The notes beneath the pieces are model-generated. The model did not search any database. It saw nothing but the letters and a program-made list of their open reading frames with translations, and was not told the DNA's origin. A program made the translations under genes and the position numbers. From NCBI GenBank assembly GCA_040954595.2, contig CM082590.2:1674001-1738000 (forward strand): a stretch of 64,000 nucleotides of DNA, given 5' to 3'. The stretch comes from Balanoglossus misakiensis. Lineage: Eukaryota; Animalia; Hemichordata. Shown here piece by piece: positions 55,401-64,000 of the stretch (position 1 is its first letter; each line of letters starts with the position of its first letter).

Positions 55401-58400
55401 TGTCTATAGACACATCATGTACATGGACATGAATGCAAGAATGGACACAGATCATTTATGAAGTCAATGTGAACAACTTTACTTGAAGTCAGTACATTGT
55501 AAACAGAATACCAGAGTTGTAATAATTTGTCAGGTCACAATATGTCTATAGACACATCATGTACATGGACATGAATGCAAGAATGGACACAGATCATTTA
55601 TGAAGTCAATGTGAACAACTTTACTTGAAGTCAGTACATTGTAAACAGAATACCACAGTTGCAATAATTTGTCTGCTCACAATATGTCTATAGACACATC
55701 ATGTACATGGAGACGAATGAAAGAATGCAAACAGATCATTTATGATGTCAATGTGAACAACTTTACTTGAAGTCAGTAAATTGTAAACAGAATACCACAC
55801 TTGTAATAATTTGTCTGGTCACAATATGTCTATAGACACATCATGTACATGTACATGAATGCAAGAATGGACACAGATCATTTATGAAGTCAATGTGAAC
55901 AACTTTAGTTGAAGTAAGTACATTGTAAACAGAATACCAGAGTTGTAATAATTTGTCTGATCACAATATGTCTATAGACATATCATGTACATGTACATGA
56001 ATGCAAGAATGGACACAGATCATTTATGAAGTCAATGTGAACAACTTTACTTGAAGTCAGTAAATTGTAAACAGAATACCAGAGTTGTAATAATTTGTCT
56101 GGTCATAATATGTCTATAGACACATCATGTACATGGACATGATGCAAGAATGGACACAGATTATTTATGAAGTCAATGTGAACAACTTTACTTGAAGTCA
56201 GTACATTGTAAACAGAATACCACAGTTGTAATAATTTGTCTGGTCACAATATGTCTATAGACACATCATGTACATGGACATGAATGCAAGAATGGACACA
56301 GATCATTTATGAAGTCAATGTGAACAACTTTATTTGATGTCAGTACATTGTTAACAGAATACCACAGTTGTAATAATTTGTCTGGTCACAATATGTCTAT
56401 AGACACATCATGTACATGGACATGAATGCAAGAATTGACACAGATCATTTATGAAGTCAATGTGAACAACTTTACTTGAAGTCAGTACATTGTAAACAGA
56501 ATACCACAGTTGTAATAATTTGTCTGGTCACAATATGTCTATAGACACATCATGTACATGGACATGAATGCAAGAATGGACACAGATCATTTATGAAGTC
56601 AATGTGAACAACTTTACTTGAAGCCAGTACATTGTAAACAGAATACCACAGTTGCAATAATTTGTCTGCTCACAATATGTCTATAGCCACATCATGTAAA
56701 TTGACACGAATGAAAGAATGCACACAGATCATTTATGAAGTCAATGTGAACAACTTTACTTGAAGTCAGTACATTGTAAACAGAATACCAGAGTTGTAAT
56801 AATTTGTCTGGTCACAATATGTCTATAGACACATCACATACATGGACATGAATGCAAGAATGGACACAGATCATTTATGAAGTCAATGTGAACAACTTTA
56901 CTTGAAGTCAGTACATTGTAAACAGAATACCAGAGTTGTAATAATTTGTCTGGTCACAATATGTCTATAGACACATCACGTACATGGACACGAATGAAAG
57001 AATGGACACAGATCATTTATGAAGTCAATGTGAACAACTTTACTTGAAGTCAGTACATTGTAAACAGAATACCAGAGTTGTAATAATTTGTCTGGTCACA
57101 ATATGTCTATAGACACATCATGTACATGGACACGAATGAAAGAATGCACACAGATCATTTATGAAGTCAATGTGAACAACTTTACTTGAAGTCAGTAAAT
57201 TGTAAACAGAATACCAGAGTTGTAATAATTTGTCTGGTCACAATATGTCTATAGACACATCATGTACATGGACATGAATGCAAGAATGGACACAGATCAT
57301 TTATGAAGTCAATGTGAACAACTTTACTTGAAGTCAGTACATTGTAAACAGAATACCAGAGTTGTAATAATTTGTCTGGTCACAATATGTCTATAGACAC
57401 ATCATGTACATGGACATGAATGCAAGAATGGACCCAGATCATTTATGAAGTCAATATGAACAACTTTATTTGCTGTCAGTACATTGTTAACAGAATACCA
57501 CAGTTGTAATAATTTGTCTGGTCACAATATGTCTATAGACACATCATGTAAATGGACATGAATGCAAGAATGGACACAGATCATTTATGAAGTCAATGTG
57601 AACAACTTTACTTGAAGTCAGTACATTGTAAACAGAATACCACAGTTGTAATAATTTGTCTGGATACAATATGTCTATAGACACATCACGTACATGGACA
57701 TGAATGCAAGCATGGACACAGATCATTTATGAAGTCAATGTGAACAACTTTACTTGAAGTCAGTACATTGTAAACAGAATACCAGAGTTGTAATAATTTG
57801 TCTGGTCACAATATGTCTATAGACACATCACGTACATGGACACGAATGAAAGAATGGACACAGATCATTTATTAAGTCAATGTGAACAACTTTACTTGAA
57901 GTCAGTACATTGTAAACAGAATACCAGAGTTGTAATAATTTGTCTGGTCACAATATGTCTATAGACACATCATGTACATGGACACAAATGAAAGAATGCA
58001 CACAGATCATTTATGAAGTCAATGTGAACAACTTTACTTGAAGTCAGTAAATTGTAAACAGAATACCAGAGTTGTAATAATTTGTCTGGTCACAATATGT
58101 CTATAGACACATCATGTACATGGACATGAATGCAAGAATGGACACAGATCATTTATGAAGTCAATGTGAACAACTTTACTTGAAGTCAGTACATTGTAAA
58201 CAGAATACCACAGTTGTAATAATTTGTCTGGATACAATATGTCTATAGACACATCACGTACATGGACATGAATGCAAGCATGGACACAGATCATTTATGA
58301 AGTCAATGTGAACAACTTTACTTGAAGTCAGTACATTGTAAACATAATACCACAGTTGTAATAATTTGTCTGGTCACAATATGTCTATAAACACATCATG

Positions 58401-61400
58401 TACATGGACATGAATGCAAGAATGGACACAGATCATTTATGAAGTCAATGTGAACAACTTTACTTGAAGTCAGTACATTGTAAACAGAATACCACAGTTG
58501 TAATAATTTGTCTGGATACAATATGTCTATAGACACATCACGTACATGGACATGAATGCAAGCATGGACACAGATCATTTATGAAGTCAATGTGAACAAC
58601 TTTACTTGAAGTCAGTACATTGTAAACAGAATACCACAGTTGTAATAATTTGTCTGGTCACAATATGTCTATAGACACATCATGTACATGGACATGAATG
58701 CAAGAATGGACACAGATCATTTATGAAGTCAATGTGAACAACTTTACTTGAAGTCAGTACATTGTAAACAGAATACCACAGTTGTAATAATTTGTCTGGT
58801 CACAATATGTCTATAGACACATCATGCACATGGACATGAATGCAAGAATGGACACAGATCATTTATGAAGTCAATGTGAACAACTTTACTTGAAGTCAGT
58901 ACATTGTAAACAGAATACCACAGTTGCAATAATTTGTCTGCTCACAATATGTCTATAGACACATCATGTAAATTGACACGAATGAAAGAATGCACACAGA
59001 TCATTTATGAAGTCAATGTGAACAACTTTACTTGAAGTCAGTACATTGTAAACAGAATACCAGAGTTGTAATAATTTGTCTGGTCACAATATGTCTATAG
59101 ACACATCACATACATGGACATGAATGCAAGACTGGACACAGATCATTTATGAAGTCAATGTGAACAACTTTACTTGAAGTCAGTACATTGTAAACAGAAT
59201 ACCACAGTTGTAATAATTTGTCTGGTCACAATATGTCTATAGACACATCACGTACATGGACACGAATGAAAGAATGGACACAGATCATTTATGAAGTCAA
59301 TGTGAACAACTTTACTTGAAGTCAGTACATTGTAAACAGAATACCAGAGTTGTAATAATTTGTCTGGTCACAATATGTCTATAGACACATCATGTACATG
59401 GACACGAATGAAAGAATGCACACAGATCATTTATGAAGTCAATGTGAACAACTTTACTTGAAGTCAGTAAATTGTAAACAGAATACCAGAGTTGTAATAA
59501 TTTGTCTGGTCACAATATGTCTATAGACACATCATGTACATGGACATGAATGCAAGAATGGACACAGATCATTTATGAAGTCAATGTGAACAACTTTACT
59601 TGAAGTCAGTACATTGTAAACAGAATACCAGAGTTGTAATAATTTGTCTGGTCACAATATGTCTATAGACACATCATGTACATGGACATGAATGCAAGAA
59701 TGGACCCAGATCATTTATGAAGTCAATATGAACAACTTTATTTGCTGTCAGTACATTGTTAACAGAATACCACAGTTGTAATAATTTGTCTGGTCACAAT
59801 ATGTCTATAGACACATCATGTACATGGACATGAATGCAAGAATGGACACAGATCATTTATGAAGTCAATATGAACAACTTTACTTGAAGTCAGTACATTG
59901 TAAACAGAATACCACAGTTGTAATAATTTGTCTGGATACAATATGTCTATAGACACATCACGTACATGGACATGAATGCAAGCATGGACACAGATCATTT
60001 ATGAAGTCAATGTGAACAACTTTACTTGAAGTCAGTACATTGTAAACATAATACCACAGTTGTCATAATTTGTCTGGTCACAATATGTCTATAGACACAT
60101 CACATACATGGACATGAATGCAAGAATGGACACAGATCATTTATGAAGTCAATGTGAACAACTTTACTTGAAGTCAGTACATTGTAAACAGAATACCAGA
60201 GTTGTAATAATTTGTCTGGTCACAATATGTCTATAGACACATCACGTACATGGACACGAATGAACGAATGGACACAGATCATTTATGAAGTCAATGTGAA
60301 CAACTTTACTTGAAGTCAGTACATTGTAAACAGAATACCAGAGTTGTAATAATTTGTCTGGTCACAATATGTCTATAGACACATCATGTACATGGACACG
60401 AATGAAAGAATGCACACAGATCATTTATGAAGTCAATGTGAACAACTTTACTTGAAGTCAGTAAATTGTAAACAGAATACCAGAGTTGTAATAATTTGTC
60501 TGGTCACAATATGTCTATAGACACATCATGTACATGGACATGAATGCAAGAATGGACACAGATCATTTATGAAGTCAATGTGAACAACTTTACTTGAAGT
60601 CAGTACATTGTAAACAGAATACCAGAGTTGTAATAATTTGTCTGGTCACAATATGTCTATAGACACATCATGTACATGGACATGAATGCAAGAATGGACC
60701 CAGATCATTTATGAAGTCAATATGAACAACTTTATTTGATGTCAGTACATTGTTAACAGAATACCACAGTTGTAATAATTTGTCTGGTCACAATATGTCT
60801 ATAGACACATCATGTGCATGGACATGAATGCAAGAATGGACCCAGATCATTTATGAAGTCAATATGAACAACTTTATTTGATGTCAGTACATTGTTAACA
60901 GAATACCACAGTTGTAATAATTTGTCTGGTCACAATATGTCTATAGACACATCATGTACATGGACATGAATGCAAGAATGGACACAGATCATTTATGAAG
61001 TCAATGTGAACAACTTTACTTGAAGTCAGTACATTGTAAACAGAATACCACAGTTGTAATAATTTGTCTGGATACAATATGTCTATAGACACATCACGTA
61101 CATGGACATGAATGCAAGCATGGACACAGATCATTTATGTAGTCAATGTGAACAACTTTACTTGAAGTCAGTACATTGTAAACATAATACCACAGTTGTA
61201 ATAATTTGTCTGGTCACAATATGTCTATAAACACATCACATACATGGACATGAATGCTAGAATGGACACAGATCATTTATGAAGTCAATGTGAACATATT
61301 TACTTAAAGTCAGTACATTGTAAACAGAATACCACAGTTGCAATAATTTGTCTGGTCACAATATGTCTATAGACACATCATGTACATGGACATGAATGCA

Positions 61401-64000
61401 AGAATGGACACAGATCATTTATGAAGTCAATGTGAACAACTTTACTTGAAGTCAGTAAATTGTAAACAGAATACATTAGTTGAAAGAGTTTGTCTGGTCA
61501 CAATATGTCTATAGACACATCATGTACATGGACATGAATGCAAGAATGGACACAGATCATTTATGAAGTCAATGTGAACAACTTTACTTGAAGTCAGTAC
61601 ATTGTAAACAGAATACCACAGTTGTAATAATTTGTCTGGTCACAATATGTCTATAAACACATCATGTACATGGACATGAATGCAAGAATGGACACAGATC
61701 ATTTATGAAGTCAATGTGAACAACTTTATTTGATGTCAGTACATTGTTAACAGAATACCACAGTTGTAATAATTTGTCTGGTCACAATATGTCTATAGAC
61801 ACATCATGTACATGGACATGAATGCAAGAATTGACACAGATCATTTATGAAGTCAATGTGAACAACTTTACTTGAAGTCAGTACATTGTAAACAGAATAC
61901 CACAGTTGTAATAATTTGTCTGCTCACAATATGTCTATAGACACATCATGTAAATTGACACGAATGAAAGAATGCACACATATCATTTATGAAGTCAATG
62001 TGAACAACTTTACTTGAAGTCAGTACATTGTAAACAGAATACCAGAGTTGTAATAATTTGTCTGGTCACAATATGTCTATAGACACATCACATACATGGA
62101 CATGAATGCAAGAATGGACACAGATCATTTATGAAGTCAATGTGAACAACTTTACTTGAAGTCAGTACATTGTAAACAGAATACCAGAGTTGTAATAATT
62201 TGTCTGGTCACAATATGTCTATAGACACATCACGTACATGGACACGAAAGAAAGAATGCACACAGATCATTTATGAAGTCAATGTGAACAACTTTAATTG
62301 AAGTCAGTACATTGTAAACAGAATACCAGAGTTGTAATAATTTGTCTGGTCACAATATGTCTATAGACACATCATGTACATGGACACGAATGAAAGAATG
62401 CACACAGATCATTTATGAAGTCAATGTGAACAACTTTACTTGAAGTCAGTAAATTGTAAACAGAATACCAGAGTTGTAATAATTTGTCTGGTCACAATAT
62501 GACTATAGACACATCACGTACATGGACATGAATGCAAGCATGGACACAGATCATTTATGAAGTCAATGTGAACAACTTTACTTGAAGTCAGTACATTGTA
62601 AACAGAATACCAGAGTTGTAATAATTTGTCTGGTCACAATATGTCTATAGACACATCATGTACATGGACATGAATGCAAGAATGGACCCAGATCATTTAT
62701 GAAGTCAATATGAACAACTTTATTTGATGTCAGTACATTGTAAACAGAATACCACAGTTGTAATAATTTGTCTGGTCACAATATGTCTATAGACACATCA
62801 TGTACATGGACATGAATGCAAGAATGGACACAGATCATTTATGAAGTCAATGTGAACAACTTTACTTGAAGTCAGTACATTGTAAACAGAATACCACAGT
62901 TGTAATAATTTGTCTGGTCACAATATGTCTATAGACACATCATGTACATGGACATGAATGCAAGAATGGACACAGATCATTTATGAAGTCAATGTGAACA
63001 ACTTTACTTGAAGTCAGTACATTGTAAACAGAATACCACAGTTGTAATAATTTGTCTGGTCACAATATGTCTATAGACACATCATGTACATGGACATGAA
63101 TGCAAGAATGGACACAGATCATTTATGAAGTCAATGTGAACATATTTACTTGAAGTCAGTACATTGTAAACAGAATACCACAGTTGTAATAATTTGTCTG
63201 GTCACAATATGTCTATAGACACATCACGTACATGGACATGAATGCAAGAATGGACACAGATCATTGATGAAGTCAATGTGAACAACTTTACTTGAATTCA
63301 GTACATTGTAAACAGAATACCACAGTTGTAATAATTTGTCTGGTCACAATATGTCTATAGACACATCATGTACATGGACATGAATGCAAGAATGGACACA
63401 GATCATTTATGAAGTCAATGTGAACAACTTTACTTGAAGTCAGTACATTGTAAACAGAATACCACAGTTGTAATAATTTGTCTGGTCACAATATGTCTAT
63501 AGACACATCATGTACATGGACATGAATGCATGAATGGACACAGATCATTTATGAAGTCAATGTGAACAACTTTATTTGATGTCAGTACATTGTAAACAGA
63601 ATACCACAGTTGTAATAATTTGTCTGCTCACAATATGTCTATAGACACATCATGTACATGGACATGAATGCAAGAATTGACCCAGATCATTTATGAAGTC
63701 AATATGAACAACTTTATTTGATGTCAGTACATTGTAAACAGAATACCACAGTTGTAATAATTTGTCTGGTCACAATATGTCTATAGACACATCATGTACA
63801 TGTACATGAATGCAAGAATGGACATAGGTCATTTATGAAGTCAATGTGAACAACTTTACTTGAAGTCAGTACATTGTAAACAGAATACCAGAGTTGTAAT
63901 AATTTGTCTGGTCACAATATGTCTATAGACACATCATGTACATGGACATGAATGCAAGAATGGACACAGATCATTTATGAAGTCAATGTGAACAACTTTA

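Larger units (their letters stand above)
23906..64000. repeat. 142-bp satellite tandem array, right arm (~280 monomers, continues beyond window end)
   Basis: Same monomer and orientation, resuming at CTTGAAGTCAGTACATTG (23906). Includes 134-bp and 102-bp deletion units. Confidence 0.99.

Noticed and set aside
10689-61134. Twenty near-identical 60-aa minus-strand ORFs (MICVHSCIHVHVRDVS...), Cys/His-rich
   Set aside because: They are chance translations spanning ~1.3 satellite monomers, appearing only where a SNP (e.g. TGGACA/TGGATA) removes a stop. 142 is not a multiple of 3, most monomers have stops, and there is no gene context.
1-64000. CRISPR array or repeat-spacer system
   Set aside because: There are no unique spacers; the whole 142 bp is repeated. 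No cas genes, and the RT is of the eukaryotic non-LTR type.

Overview
Eukaryotic-type satellite DNA. About 96% of the window is one head-to-tail, single-orientation tandem array of an AT-rich (~34% GC) 142-bp monomer, roughly 435-440 units. Consensus: ATGAAGTCAATGTGAACAACTTTACTTGAAGTCAGTACATTGTAAACAGAATACCAGAGTTGTAATAATTTGTCTGGTCACAATATGTCTATAGACACATCATGTACATGGACATGAATGCAAGAATGGACACAGATCATTT. The array is interrupted once, at ~21561-23905, by a 5'-truncated non-LTR retrotransposon (L1 superfamily, Tx1-like) on the minus strand. It carries the RT domain, a CCHC zinc knuckle, a short 3' UTR, a poly(A) tail and a 13-17 bp target-site duplication of satellite sequence. This ORF2 remnant has a +1 homopolymer frameshift and a QG->QR change in a conserved RT motif. 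The array shows spatially zoned monomer variants, fixed deletion variants (58, 83, 102 and 134 bp units), nested multi-monomer duplications (568 to 5960 bp), built-in palindromes and traces of an ancestral ~70-bp half-repeat. The repeated 60-aa ORFs are artefacts of the satellite. I see no host genes, RNA genes or CRISPR arrays. The organism and any centromeric function cannot be established from this window.
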